Origin: Marsupella aquatica
Taxonomy: Eukaryota; Plantae; Marchantiophyta
DNA: 64,000 nucleotides
NCBI GenBank assembly: GCA_973895155.1
Contig: OZ316893.1
Span: forward strand, 8,208,963-8,272,962
Reading direction: 5' to 3'
The notes beneath the pieces were generated by a model, which was given only the letters and a program-made list of their open reading frames with translations, ran no database searches and was not told where the DNA came from. This document shows positions 13,101 to 26,581 of the stretch, one piece after another (the stretch's first letter is position 1; each line of letters begins with the position of its first letter). Both the position numbers and the translations under genes were made by a program.

Positions 13101-16100
13101 CCACCCAACTTTAGTTATGACCCAAAAGTGCCATCCGCATTTTCCACTAGTACAACCAACTTTAGTCATGGTTTAGAGGCTTCACTCTAGACCATAGGCC
13201 TTGAAGAGCAGCTTTCAATTGCACTATTATTTAGAGTAACCTGCCGGTGCAATGTAAGGACTCGAAGTGAGGCAAAGTGAACTGTGTGATACAGGAAGTG
13301 GGGTACGAAGAACTTGGTGGGAGGATTGTCCAGAACCTTGACGATGTGAAGACTCTGGTATGGTTCTTATGGTTTCTTGACAGTTCTTTCCATTCACGCC
13401 TGATGTTTACAAGCGGAACTTCAGCTAATTGGAATTGTGGGTACTAGTCATGTCAACGTCGATCATTTCCATAGGCCCCCAAATGCCAGAATATTGGTTG
13501 GCTACAGAGATTTTACAATTCAATGAACTTCTATCAAAACAAAAGCTAGCATGACTGTAATGCATAGCTCTGAGACAGTGGTTCGTGATTGTAACTTACC
13601 AATTGTCCACCTGATCTCCCAGGAAACTCAATTCCAACAGTTGAGTGAGAAAGGTACATTCAATCACCTGAAACTAATTTTCCCACCCTTGACAAAGAGA
13701 GTGCTCTTAGTTACAAACATCAAACGACTAGGTGCATAATGCTGCACTACAGATGAAACTTATTCTCTCACATTTTGTGCTCGTCAATGCTAAGTTCGAT
13801 CATTTATAGAATGTTTGATTTGATTGACCAATGGAGAAAAACCGATCGCAGATGAAGCTGATCGTGAAGCGAAAAGAAAGACTGGGAAAAAGGAAAGAAA
13901 ACAAGACAGAAAGGCTGGTCCAACAAGAGTTAAGGCCAGCCCTTCCAGTGGCCCTTCGAGTGGAGATGAAGTCTCGGATGAACAAAGAGAGAAGCCTATA
14001 CAAAAGACCAGGTTCGATGAGGATAAATTAATGGATGAATCAGGATACAGTGATTCTGACCGATCCGAAAATGAAAGGATGAAATTATGGAAGAGGTCAA
14101 AGATTGAGCGAGGTAGAAGCGATCGTGTTGCTGTTGAGAAAGGCTGGAGTCGGGACACAAGTTCAGAAGGCATCAGCTCTCCGACGAGGTCGGATGATGT
14201 CCCAACCCAGTATGACAAGGGAAGAGACGTTCAAAACGAAAGTATAAGGGAAAAACCAGCCATGACATTCAAGCGGCGAGACGACAGTTTGTCGAGAATA
14301 TCTGGCCTGAACGCTGGTCCAGGAGGAGGGGACTCTATCAAAGTTGACAAACCTAAAGTATCAGATTCTGGGCCAAATTTTTTGGAAAGGCTGGAGGTTC
14401 ATGTGGAGGCCATTATTAAATCCGACAAAGCAGTTCAAACACATCACTCGGACATCCTCTCACTTGTATGGAATTCGATCCTGCACCTGTTTTGATGTTT
14501 GTGTTCAATTTTTGTTCTCGTATGCGCGGATGGTCTTCAGTGTGAATTCTTTTATCTGATTGAAACCCTGCTTCTTCTAATCAAAGGATGATGTTAATAC
14601 TATCAGCTTTTTGAAATGTTTACTGCAAGAAAGTCACACTTAAAGCTTCCTATGAGATCAAATGTAAAAGTCTTTAAAGATTTGAATTTACTTCTAACTT
14701 TAAAATGTAAGCTACCAAATGATGTTCAGGATTTTGCTGATCATAGGATCTAATTATGATTCCCTGATTATGTTAACTCTAGGGAAACCCCAATGGATAA
14801 TGTTTTCATGTTACCCTCCGAGATGATGGTCATTAAATTTGAGATTTAAAGGATTGTTACCCTTCGTTTCTGTAGATGGAAAGTATGATGGATGCTATCA
14901 ATTACGAGGATCCTGGCGGGACAGAGAGCCCTGCTGCAAAACTGAAACGGCTTTTGAGAGAAAATGTAAGTGATCGAAGTGATCAACAAATTGAAAATAA
15001 ACTAGCCATATCAAAGAATTTCTCTCTACCTAGCCCAACACACGTTACCTGTCTGTCGTGAAATGAAACTAGGTTATATGCAATACCTTTTGCATTAATT
15101 TTCTTTTGTCAAGTCAGAGCTGCCCAGCAATGTAGCCCTACAGAACCAGCATTGGCAAATTGTTGGATAAGGCAGCCTCTGGATTTGTAGGTGCTGTGAA
15201 TTACATATCTGCTGTACTTCCTAAGATCTTTCCAATTTCCGTAACTGAACTTGGACAAGAATGACAAGGGCATTGATTGAGGATTGGGTGCAGAAACGAA
15301 TGAAGATTCAATTAAGGTTTTGGCGATCTCGAAATTGGGTTGAAAGCACAGTTGGCACACGGCTAAGCCGATTTGGATCGCAAAGGAGGTCCAAGGCTGG
15401 AACTCCTCTGCCTCCATCAATAATGATGGATTCATCCAGTGATGAAGACATGTCCATATATTTTGACCCTATTCAACCGCCGAGCATTCTAAGTGAACGC
15501 CCACTTAGTGTAGGAAGTTCAAGAAGCACACAAGGCCGAGAAGGAACCAGTAGATCTGTGCCCTCTTCATCATTTGTTCCAAGGGCAACCTCAGCAAATC
15601 GCACAAATACTGATACATTGCTGGAGAGTCTGCAAGAGATGCAGCCTCGTCCATTGGATTCAGGCAATGCTGCAGTTTCTTCTCGAAGCACAAACTTTGA
15701 AGGTAATCAATCCCCTCCTTCGGAACCAGTGAACAAAAAATTGAATTTAAAAGGAGCTTCACCAGGCTCTCAACCACGCTCAGCACAACAAGGCAACAGT
15801 CATCAAGTGAAGGCTGGGCCGCCAATATTGTTAGAGCCCTTAAATGCTGCATTATTGAGAAAAACTCCTCACCGAGGCACCACACAATCGCCTCAACGAA
15901 TGCCACAATCTTTAAGCTCGAGGTTGTCGTCGAAAACTCTTCAACCGATTCCAGCCGAAGTGTTAAATTTGGCGTTGAAATCAAAATCTCCTAATCAAGG
16001 CCCTCCCCGACAGCCATCTTCAAGGACCATGGTACCGTCGCTCAGCATTCGCTTTTCGGAGAGATTTTCTCCATCAAAAGCTCTGAGTGCTAATTCAAGG

Positions 16101-16511
16101 ATGTCCAAAGCGTCCAAATCTTTGCGCCCCTTGCAATCAGAACCAAACACCTCACGGCCCAACGCGCACCTGTCTACAAGTGAGCAGCCTCAAGATACAT
16201 CGTCATCGGCGAGCTCTCTCCAATCGCCTCCAGCCCTCGAACCAATCGAGCATGAAAGTGAACAGATAGCGAGTCCTCGTAATGTTAGAAATATCTCACG
16301 AACCAACAGTCCTCGATTCCCACAGCCTCTTGCACAGTCGCAGCAAAGTCGTGATCCAGGTCAAGGAATACAAAATAGTTCTGGTTCTCCTCGTTCTTCT
16401 AGTAGAATTGCTACACAGGGCCGTATAGGTCATGCCTCTGCTAATTCTCAAAGACAACCTCTTGCAGAAAATGGACTAATGATAGTAGGCAGAAAGTCCA
16501 ACGCAGAATAG
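10176..16511 (+). pseudogene. Chain of + strand exon-like blocks of unknown function, partly frameshifted; possibly the distal part of the same TE
   Basis: Blocks bounded by splice-like sites: ...FLYEEQ|gt (~11285), ...KMSKTQ|gtaag (~11913), ~13810-14465 (charged, K/R/D/E/S-rich, ends ctt|gtatgg), 14876-14965 (tag|ATG...aat|gtaagt), and the S/P/R-rich ORF 15261-16511. Apparent 1-nt frameshifts near 13843 and 15260. Confidence 0.4.
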
Positions 16512-16723
16512 TCCCCAGGTACACATATTTTCACCTAGTATACCAAATTCCAATGTACTGAATCTGTATTGAGAGAACGTAGACATATTTCCTCATTTGA
16601 CCCCTTCAGTCAATTGCCTAGAGTTCTTCGAATTTCATAGTCTATTATTTGCCGCAAGTTTCGTCACAAGCTAAACAGTCAGAATTAACAGTGTGAACAG
16701 AAGGAATCAAGGACAAAGGTGTC

Positions 16724-17148
16724 GATCACTTGCAATAATTTTTGGACAAATTCAGAAATCTCGAATCAAACGGATGTTTGGTTACTGATGTGGTCGAAAA
16801 TGAAATTTGATCACTTGCAATAATTTTTGGACAAATTCAGAAATCTCGAATCAAACGGATGTTTGGTTACTGATGTGGTCGAAAATGAAATTTGATCACT
16901 TGCAATAATTTTTGGACAAATTCAGAAATCTCGAATCAAACGGATGTTTGGTTACTGATGTGGTCGAAAATGAAATTTGATCACTTGCAATAATTTTTGG
17001 ACAAATTCAGAAATCTCGAATCAAACGGATGTTTGGTTACTGATGTGGTCGAAAATGAAATTTGATCACTTGCAATAATTTTTGGACAAATTCAGAAATC
17101 TTGAATCAAACGAATGTTTGGTTACTTATGTGGTCGAAAATGAAATTT
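16724..17148. repeat. Tandem minisatellite, 85 bp x 5
   Basis: Unit GATCACTTGCAATAATTTTTGGACAAATTCAG...GAAAATGAAATTT starts at 16724, 16809, 16894, 16979 and 17064. Copies 1-4 appear identical; copy 5 has 3 substitutions. Confidence 0.97.
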
Positions 17149-20100
17149 GTGAATATGGCTTAGTTTGCAGTACTAAGAAGAGACTACCACCTAGCATATA
17201 CCACACCTCAGCGGGGCCTAGTGGTCAGCTCAGATGACTTGTGACCATTGGGTCGCATTTTCAATCCAAGCCCAGACAATTCTGCTCCAAAGTTTGCTCT
17301 TGCATTTAATATCGGTTATGCCAAACCGCTTTGGGCGGGTTATGAACCACAAGCCCTTGAGCAAGTCAAATGTGTTATACGCCAGAAACGCTTGGAATAG
17401 TTGTAGGAACATTATTAAACGTACACATTCAATCTAAACCAGTTTCCTCTACCTGCAAGCTACAGTCGTTGGGCACAGTTGGAGGAACTATATAAAACAT
17501 AAAGAATTCTCTAAGGCGGTTTCCCTTCAAAAATTCAATTTTGTTTTTTACTTGACCTACGGTACTAAGCTTGATGAAGACTGTTGAGGTAACAAGAATC
17601 AAGCTTACTACCCATGACCTGTAAGATTGGCAGCCTCTTTGAGATTCTCAATTCAAATCGATCATCATGTCCAATTAGCTCCCGTTATTTCTCGCTCATC
17701 CTACTCATGATAACCAACTCACATTCAGTTTCCCAATGACATTGAAATTATAATATTTTTATGGATGTTAGTGTACGAGTCTAGGGTAGACCTTGAAATT
17801 ATAATATTTTTATGGATGTTAGGGTATGAGTGTAGGTGTGGCGCATTTGTGTCCCAATCTATCACATCGTCATTATTCTTCCTTTCACCAATCATTATAC
17901 TTTCTTTCACTAGATCTCATGGATAGTAAAATTTCAACTTTAAATCCAAGGGTCGAGTTCCCTCCAAAAGTGCAGTTTGTAAGTAGACTATCTGTAAGAA
18001 AGGCAAGATAATATATTATAGTGAGTCATGATTGCATGTATTTTCATAAATTCAAACTGTTCACCTTCAAAGCGTCTGGGCCTGATCAAGTCCCAAATCC
18101 AGTTTTGTTGTCATCAAGTTCTAAGGATGGAGGAGGGGACTGGTTCAGCCTGATTTCCTACCTTCGCCCAACAAATTCAATTTGATCAGCCCTAGGCATC
18201 AGTCTAGCTACCCACCAATCTCACAAAAGGCGGATGCAACCCAAAAAGCAATGTCCAGTACAGTATCCGGATCATGATCATTGACAGCAAGTGGTACTGC
18301 TGTTGACCTATTTCTCTCAAGGAACTGTGCGCCGAACTAGATATTATGATACTACCGTAGTCCGAATGCGATATGATTCCGTTCCACAATGAAATTAGTG
18401 TCAATTGTCAAACGTCCCAATTGCGTCCTCCGAGTTTATATTGTGTTGAGCTTCCCATCTAAGGAAGAGTAATACATACTACAACTGTGGTAACACATTA
18501 AAGTATGAGGCGATTAAAGTATGAGTCGGAGAGATGAATTCTCTACAGATTTGATTTGTCCCAATGTTTCCTCCGACCAGATCAGCAAAGGCGAATGCAG
18601 CAACGAAGCATTGTAGAGTACATGTCCAAATCGTTAAACTAAGTTTCTTCTACAGTGCAGGCAATACCCATCCTAGGGTCCAATTCCAGTCCCATCCATT
18701 TGTGATCTGATTCGGATCTGGTAAAGAACTTGTCCAAACGTCTCGGTACCAAAGCCGGACTACACAACTGTCGAATACCGAGGGCACGCGCAGATGCAGA
18801 ATGTCGATGCATATTTCATTTCGAAGGCACGGATAATGTCAACCTGTTAAGATCGCTGTAGGTAACGGGAACGAGCGTTAAAACCTGAAAAATGTCTATG
18901 CACGTTTCGACAAAAGATTGTCCAGTGCAAAGTCAGTTATAAATATTGCCTATCGGTAGTCAATGTTGACAAAGAGGCCATTACTCCGAGCGTGGGGTCG
19001 GCGACTGGAATCTACATGGAGGTGGTAGGTCTTGCCGAGTGTCAATCGCTCTAGTTGGACTAGCACATTCAGAACAATTGCATGGAATTCAGACCACTCT
19101 AGGTAATATATATTAATCAACCACAGTCCTGTCCTGTAGATGAATATTGGCAAGCCATCAAGATACATCATCTTAATCTTATAGCACGTCATGTCCAAAT
19201 TGCGGGGGCGGGCGGCGGCTCGAGGGGCGCTCAGTGCAAATCCTAGGCCCCTTGTGTTGGGCTTAGGATTTGATTTTCAAAGCCTTGGGTACCATCGCTC
19301 GCTCTTGAGCAAAATGGAAAAAATGTAAATACGGGACTGAAGCTCGCATGCAGTTGTCGATCACGACTGAAGCCTTACTACGGATTGAGCGACGTTGCTG
19401 AGTATAATCAACTCGCCGAGTCTCAGTTCTTGTTCTCGGAGTAAGATCTTCTGTGGTCTTTCAGGAAGGGTACAGTAGTTTCTTCAATTCTCATCTCGGC
19501 ATTGAGGTGTTGGACTTCTGCACAGTCCGATGATCTTTGCACTCACTACTGACCTTTGGAATCCATGTAGATACCATGCTGAAATCATTTTCCTCAAGGG
19601 AATCCTGCTCTGACTGACAAAACATGGGACAATTATGTCTGTTTCTGATAAAGTGTTTACAAAGGTTGGAAATCCCATCAGGCCAACAGTGAAAGCGATA
19701 ATTAGAAGGCAAGGAGGTCACAGAGAACCCTCCACCACCAAAGCCAAACAATTCAATTTTTGCAAAGAACACCCGGCATGTTTGTCGAAAGGCGTGAAGC
19801 TGAGCACATACTCGCAAAGATTCGCTTTACATGTAAAGATTTCCGTGTCACCTTTGTTACAATAAAAAATCTGTGTCTCTATAAAGTTTGTATAGATCGA
19901 TCCCTTTAGTACGTTGGGCGTACATTTATTCGCGAGGGAAAGGAAGGGGAGCGGAAGGCTGGGAGCGAAGGCAAAACAAATTGCTGCCAACCTTCCACAC
20001 ATGCCACTGGTTTTGCTGTGGCATGACATGACTCTAAAATCTATATGTACACTAATGCATGCAATTTATTTCCCTTGAAAATGGATCTGCGTCTAAAAAA

Positions 20101-20279
20101 TAAGGTCTTCAGATGCTAAATCGATCTGCTGTTACATGGCTGAGATTCAGCTCAGCCAAACCTTGAGGTGAATTCTATTTACAGTCAGCTGTTGAACGAA
20201 GTTCTCCGGACCGCATCATTCTCGCAAAAATTGGAAGTTATATACAAACGTCGTCATGAACGATTTAAAGAGAGCAAAC

Positions 20280-23200
20280 TCATTCGTGTACGATGCAAAA
20301 CTGTTTCCTATCGAGTACGAACTCATTCGTGCCCGATATAGAAATTCTCCGATCGGATCTATCTGCGGTCAATGGCGTGAAGTATCTATCACTCCGAGCT
20401 CGAAGGTCTGCTTGCATTACCACATCCGAGGCAGATCCACCGCTGTTCAAATTGATATAAGACATACTCTTGCAACGCGAGTCCTGTGGCTCAGAGTACA
20501 AATCATATATGTTACCAATATCCTGAAAGTCATCCAAATCCGAGTCCGAATTGTAGGCATTAACACGGTTCGACGGAATTGGCGTTCTTGACTTATGCTT
20601 GAAAACTTTCCTCTCGAGCTTCCTGAATAGAAGAGAACGGCAAGACAGTTTTCGTCAGGTTCACCGCGATAGGATATCCGCGATCAGACATACTTCACAC
20701 TAACTTTTGTAGTAGAATACAAATGCAAGCAAGGCTCCTGGAGGTATGGAAAGTTCCATTTAATTGAGGCCGGTACTGTAAGAATGCAAGCTCACCTAAT
20801 GAGCCCGAAAACACCCTTGGCCACTCGGCTGATCTTGATCTTACGCTTCAGACCGCCTTTGCGTTCTTCAAGTCCCGTAGTTGTTTCGGTGTGCTCCTCC
20901 GCGGAATTTGGGTTGCCGAACCCAAGCTGTTGAATCTCTTCCTCGAGAATTCTTGCGGCAGTCAGCAACCAGTAGAACGGTCTAGCTGAAGCACTTTTGG
21001 CGGGTCGCTGTTGGGGTGCAAGACCCGAAAGTTTTTTCTCCGATGGTAAAGAATGCCTTTCGCTTCCCCCAATTATAGGTCTTCGCGGCCCTAATTCAAC
21101 TGAGCGACTTCGTGCATGTGAACTTCTTCCATGGACTCCATTATATGTCAATGAATACCGTTTGCTTCCTTGAGATCTCCCATTTGGCTCGCGGGACGCC
21201 GTCACTCTTGACGTACTGGGCAACGTGAAGATCGGCACGTTGTCTTCACTTTCAGACCTTTTGGACTGTGAATTCAACGGTTGACAATTCTCTTCCGAAA
21301 TGGACTGGGACACCAACCTCGGAAGACGGTTGTAATAATTAGTGTCGAGAGCCGATTTCTTTCGACGAGCTGTCATCGAATTACGTTTCACTTCCGCCTG
21401 CATTCTGATAATTCCAACCAAGTCAATGTCAATCGACAGCCCAGTGTCTGCTGATACTTACTAACACTAAGTTACTTACCCATGATTGAAAAAAATTAAC
21501 GAGCCCTTGCACAAATCAATCCTTCTACTTTCCTAATTCCAAAAAGCAAGTTGTCATCATTAAGGATTCTTTCTACACGTGGACCTACTTGATCTACAGT
21601 TCCTCTATGGTGACTTTGTGACTTTTTTCCAGTCTACGCCTATCGCGCCTAGAGGAACTTTGCCTGTAACGACAGTGTTAATAATGAGACCAACAAGTGT
21701 CCTAAGGCCACTTTGCATGACCTCAGCCCCACTGCCGAGGTGGGTCTCCCGAGCGTAATATCTTCCCAATTGGCTTTCCAAGTGAGTGTAACTCAACCCG
21801 GTCTGAAATACCACCCAGCTCGAGACTCATCGATCCTCCTTTATGAACTCTAAAAAATCCAGACAAGATCTTCCTACGCTGAGGATTGTGAGTTACCAAA
21901 CCAAAATAGGTTTTGAGACAATGGCCCTCTATGAATCTCAGGTAATTCTTTGGGGTTGAGGTGTAGGGCTAAAGTTGTATAAAGTGACCTTTAGACTCGT
22001 AGGTAATGGCATCCTACGTTTATGCCAAAAAATAACCACGTAAAACCGACAATGACAAGGACGGTGACCGACTGACCATGCCGACCATGAGGAAAGTTCT
22101 CAATTCCTATTTCAATGAGGTGTGAAGGTCTACTCGTAACCAATGTGACTGCCTACGAAGAGAAAGCTCACCCCATGTACTTGATGACCACCCCTTTATC
22201 GTCACTGATTGGAGACAGCGTGAGTAGATTCCAGAACGGAGACCCGTTTTTTTTATAGTTTAATATTGTTCCGCTGTAGGCCTCGCCCTTTTTCAGTGCC
22301 GTGCTGATCCGGGCAACCTCATTGGCATCGGTGTCTAGACCCTGCAGGAACCGACTGCCAACATTTTGAGCGTTAGCCACGATGAAAGTCTCTGTGAAAT
22401 TGTCAAAGCAGGTTTTCTTGACTACAGTTACGAAACATGGAAAAGCTCTACAAAACTTCGTACAATCTAAACAGCTGGGTACAAGTACAAAATTGTATGT
22501 CGGCAGAGGTCAACTGGTACTGGATGTCCAGGAAACTAACTAAATACTCTCAAAAATTAGTTCATCGGTATAATACACATCTGTATGGCAAAATTCTTCA
22601 AATTGTATACATGGCTACCATCTCCGATGGCACTAAATCGAAAGAATGAACAAATTGGACGACTACTAATCATATATACGAATGAATCATTCTGTTACAT
22701 CACTCATAAAGAATTACTCACCAGTTACGCCCTATGACTTCTTCTGGAGAGTAGCCCGTCATATCGAAGAAGCCTGCACTTGCAAACAGGACGGGCTTCT
22801 CTGGATCGATGACATCGCAAACCACAAAGGCGAGCTGAAACGAAGTGAGTGCGTCTTTGACATGTTTCAGAACTCCCGGAACTTTTTGACCATATGGCAG
22901 ACCGTCTGATACTGATGAGCAGGTCGAGGTGCGAGGAGTGGACTCTTGGGAAGAGTTCTTCAGCACCAGACTGGCCACTCCGTTGCCCCATTTAGCTGCT
23001 CGCTCCGAAATTGCTTCGTCCGACAATGAGTATCTCGAATTTTTCGACCCTATGCCAGCGGACCGGCTCGTCTTGAAGCTATCATGAGATAAAGAGTCCA
23101 GAGACCTAGCAGACCTCCTCATAACCGAGCGCCACTCAAATTCCGCCTTCGAGAATGTATCGTCAATTTGCTCGTGGGGCACTAACGAATGTTGTGCAAC

Positions 23201-23911
23201 CTGAGGGCCAGACTCTCTTCTACTGCCTCCATCGAGCGACTTTGAGCTCACTCCTCTAACCTTAGCAAAATTCAACCCTTGGACTATCATTTCATTCTCT
23301 TCCGTTCCCCTATCTGAACTTGATACCATTTGGGGTGAACTCATAGATTCATCCGGACCGGTCTCCGAAACATCAAGGGAGAACTCACTTGGCATCTCTG
23401 TGTCAATGCTGGCCAGCGCAGACGAGATTGGACTGCCCAATTCTGGTGGAGGTGACAACATAGATTTATGCCGAGTGGCGTAAGAATCGCTTACAGAGAA
23501 TTCATTTGGTGACACCTCTGGCTTGACCATGTCACCTTGGCCCGGCGATATCCTACTTTCCAATTCAGCTGGCAACTTGGACTCAGTCATTTGGGGCACT
23601 TCGCCAATAGGCGTTCGGTGCGGCGTCGGCACAAGCCCCGTTGGCTCCCCCTGGGCTTCTTCCCGTAGGATTTCATACAACGTTTTCCGTGGACCATGGT
23701 TACCTTTCGAATCTCGGGAAACGCGTTCCCTGACTTGCTGGAAATAGGACTCAGCAGCTTGAAGAGCATCCTGCGGAGGTGCAGATGACTCGGTCGACAG
23801 CGGCAGCGGTGCTCCAACCGAATCCAATTGTCTATTCTGCTTGGAGACGTCAGGGCTAGAAGAAGATGACTGTGGTTCAGGCTCCCGGCAGACAACAAAC
23901 GGTTTGCCCAT
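20280..23911 (-). CDS. Phototropin-derived single-LOV (LOV1-type) protein, paralog A, ~774 aa, no LOV2 or kinase
   Basis: Hand-built exons 23911-22722, 22354-22172, 21404-20796, 20622-20280. All introns are GT-AG and phase 2; total 2325 nt, open frame. Contains ERAAKWG, KDALTSFQLAFVVCD...FASAGFFDMTGYSPEEVIGRNC|RFLQG...LNYKKNGSPFWNLLTLSPI...KYMG|MQAEV, and ends KQFCIVHE*. Confidence 0.85.
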
Positions 23912-25164
23912 GGTAGATTGAAAGAGCTCTCTCGAAATGACAAGCACGTGGTCTACGCACTACTGCTAGCTGAATTCAGATGGAGAAGTCGCTGCAAGAG
24001 AGCAACACTGGAGCACGAGGGAAAGCTGGGTCTGCTAGAACTGTTTAATCCTATCGCACAGCTTGCGGCAACTGGGGAATCATCTCTCGCACGGAAAGAT
24101 CCATGAACATACTTCAAGCTTGATAAGACAACCCAAAAGTAAGTCGGGCTGGCTATCGCTCAATGAGCTCCTGCGAGTGTGGGATATTTGTGCCCACGCT
24201 ATGGATTCCAAGCGGTCTCAAAAAATCGACTCAGTCAAGGAAACTCAGAAAAAATCAACGATCCAGACGAAGACAGATACATGAGAATGTCCTGTTCAGT
24301 CTAACCTCACTCAATTGTGTCTCTCCTTCGCCCACAACGAGGGCCCCAAACCTTCAAATCTCCAGCTGCAATGGCTTCACGAGCTTTCCGCCACCGCACC
24401 ACTCCGGTGGGTGCTAGCTATCGTGTCAGTAGTCTCAGCCGAACAGCGTGCTTTGATCGCAATTAATGCGGCAGCTGTGAATTAGAGGGCTCAAAAGGCA
24501 CTTGAGATATATGGAACCCAAAACCACCCGAAACACCTTTAGTGTCACTCAGATTTGTTCCAAAGAACGCTATGGAGTTAGAAGTGATCTGGCTCAGAGT
24601 CTGATGATTGTGACCAGAAACCGAGTCTGTCTTGAATGAAATGAAATGAGCTGTGAGGAGTCAGTGTGAACAATGGGAGAGACGGAGCCAAGGTCAGAGT
24701 TTCTCTAGGGAGAATGAGGGGAGACTTGATTTATGCACTACAGTGCTCGATCATGATGACTCTTTCTGTAGCAGTGGATGACTTTCTCGCAGGTGTTCAA
24801 CGTGGTTGCATAATTGTCTGTCGGCAGAGGGGTGCCGAATGGATCAGCATCATATATACTACTGTAAGCGAAACGCGTGTGTTGGGGAAAACACCTCGAA
24901 GGCTGCAAATTAAAGGATTTCGGCAACCTTCAATCCTTCGTTCTGAATGAGAGAGACTCCCTGCTACCGCCTATAAAGCCCAGTGGGGCATAGGTCTCGT
25001 ATGAATCACGTTCCATTGAATTTTGCACGTTTCTCACCGCTTCTCTTTGTGAAGAGCGAGAGACACCGTCGACATTGTTAGGTGACCAGTCTCTGCAAGT
25101 GCATACTCTATTTCGCATCTTTGTAAATTGGAAAACCCTTTCCATCATCTTTGGTTACCAAATA

Positions 25165-25313
25165 TGAGTTTAAAACTGGTTCTTTCTCTTTCGGATTGTA
25201 ACTTTTTTCTATTTCTTCTATATTTGTTTGATCACGTTTTCCTGAGTTTAAAACTGGTTCTTTCTCTTTGGGATTGTAACTTTTTTCTATTTCTTCTATA
25301 TTGTTTGATCACG
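25165..25313. repeat. Tandem duplication, ~78-bp period x2
   Basis: tgagtttaaaactggttctttctcttt.ggattgtaacttttttctatttcttctatatt(t)gtttgatcacgt starts at 25165 and 25243. Confidence 0.9.
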
Positions 25314-26581
25314 TGTTCCTTGCTGAGGGAGCTTCTTAACTCCTTTTGGCTCAAGTAACTGGCCTACGGGCTAATGCACCGGAAATCTCTCCCATCTTGG
25401 AAAAAGAAAGAAAAAATATCACCGCCCAGGAAAAGCCAACATGGAAACTCAAAGTTTAAATATAAATTCATTTAAGATATAGGCTTAGATTGAATTGGTT
25501 ATTTTAACCAAGGCCTAGCTTGTTTACTAGTTCCTTGACCATAATTTGTTTTTGGAGAATATATAGGGATGAGGAGAGACCAAATAAAATCTTGCAGAAA
25601 TAGAAAGATCCTCTTTTATTTCCTGTTCATCTTTGCCACCATCTCTATCTGCACCCTAACTTAGTGCACTCTCACTTTCAGTTTGCCGAGTTATTGTCTA
25701 GAGAATTCAGTTTCACTCGGGATAGTAGGCCTTGCAAGTAGCTTTGGATCTTACTTTATTAGTCAGAGTGCCTTGTTCTTTTGTGTTGCATGTTGTCTTA
25801 TCTAGAATTCTTTTGTGTTTCGTGTTGTCTTATCTGGACCTCTTTGGCTATTTCTCGAATGTACAGTAGCTTGTTTGGCCCTCACCAATAAACTGGTCCA
25901 CTTCACACTCATTTTTATTAAGATTGTGCCCTCGATGTTTTCAAGGGAGACTCACCAAAATGTACAATTCAGGGAAAAACAAAGTACAATGAAAGGACAG
26001 AAAAAGATTGTGCCCTCTAGGTTCTGACTTCTACAGTGCGAGATCACACTTTCCATGCTGGGGTGCTTCTAATCTCTTTTCAGATGTTCAATAATTTTCT
26101 CCCTATGGCATGTGGCCTGAGCTAAAACGCCCATGTTACTCGTTTTAAGGAACACGGCCGTACAGTTAGCCTAGTACAGTAGTTAGCCTAGTACAGTAGT
26201 AGAAACGCGGGGGGGGGGGGGGGGAGGAATGTGTCCAATCTTGTAACAAGGAAACAATAACATAACCCACAATAAATTAATGTCTAGATGGACCGGCTAT
26301 TGTGTAAATTGAGCTCATCCAAGGAGCTCCACGTTTGGCAAGTAACCAGAGTGCTTTTCAGGGGTCTCTGATGGTGCAGCGAAAAATGTCTACTTAGTGT
26401 CACAGGTAGACAGCATGGAGGTTGTGTTCATCCACAGTACTTTGGGCCAATTGCCCTTGCTTGAACGGGGTGACAACAAGGTCATTTGTGACCCTAGATT
26501 GTGTAATTGTTAAGGTAGTTTCCAGAAACCTCTAATTTTGGCAATTTTCTGCTAACAAAAGGCGTTTGTTTCCATATAGTC

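Noticed and set aside
16724-17148. CRISPR-like appearance of the regular repeat
   Set aside because: Units are contiguous 85-bp copies with no unique spacers, there are no cas genes, and the context is eukaryotic.
17200-20279. Possible LOV2/kinase exons completing paralog A as a canonical phototropin
   Set aside because: No LOV2 or kinase motifs in the ORF track or by eye, and exon 4 ends in a stop at the same motif as paralog B. Very small exons cannot be fully excluded.
26209-26224. Poly-G run (16 nt) as a G-quadruplex element
   Set aside because: An isolated homopolymer in repeat-rich intergenic DNA with no supporting context.
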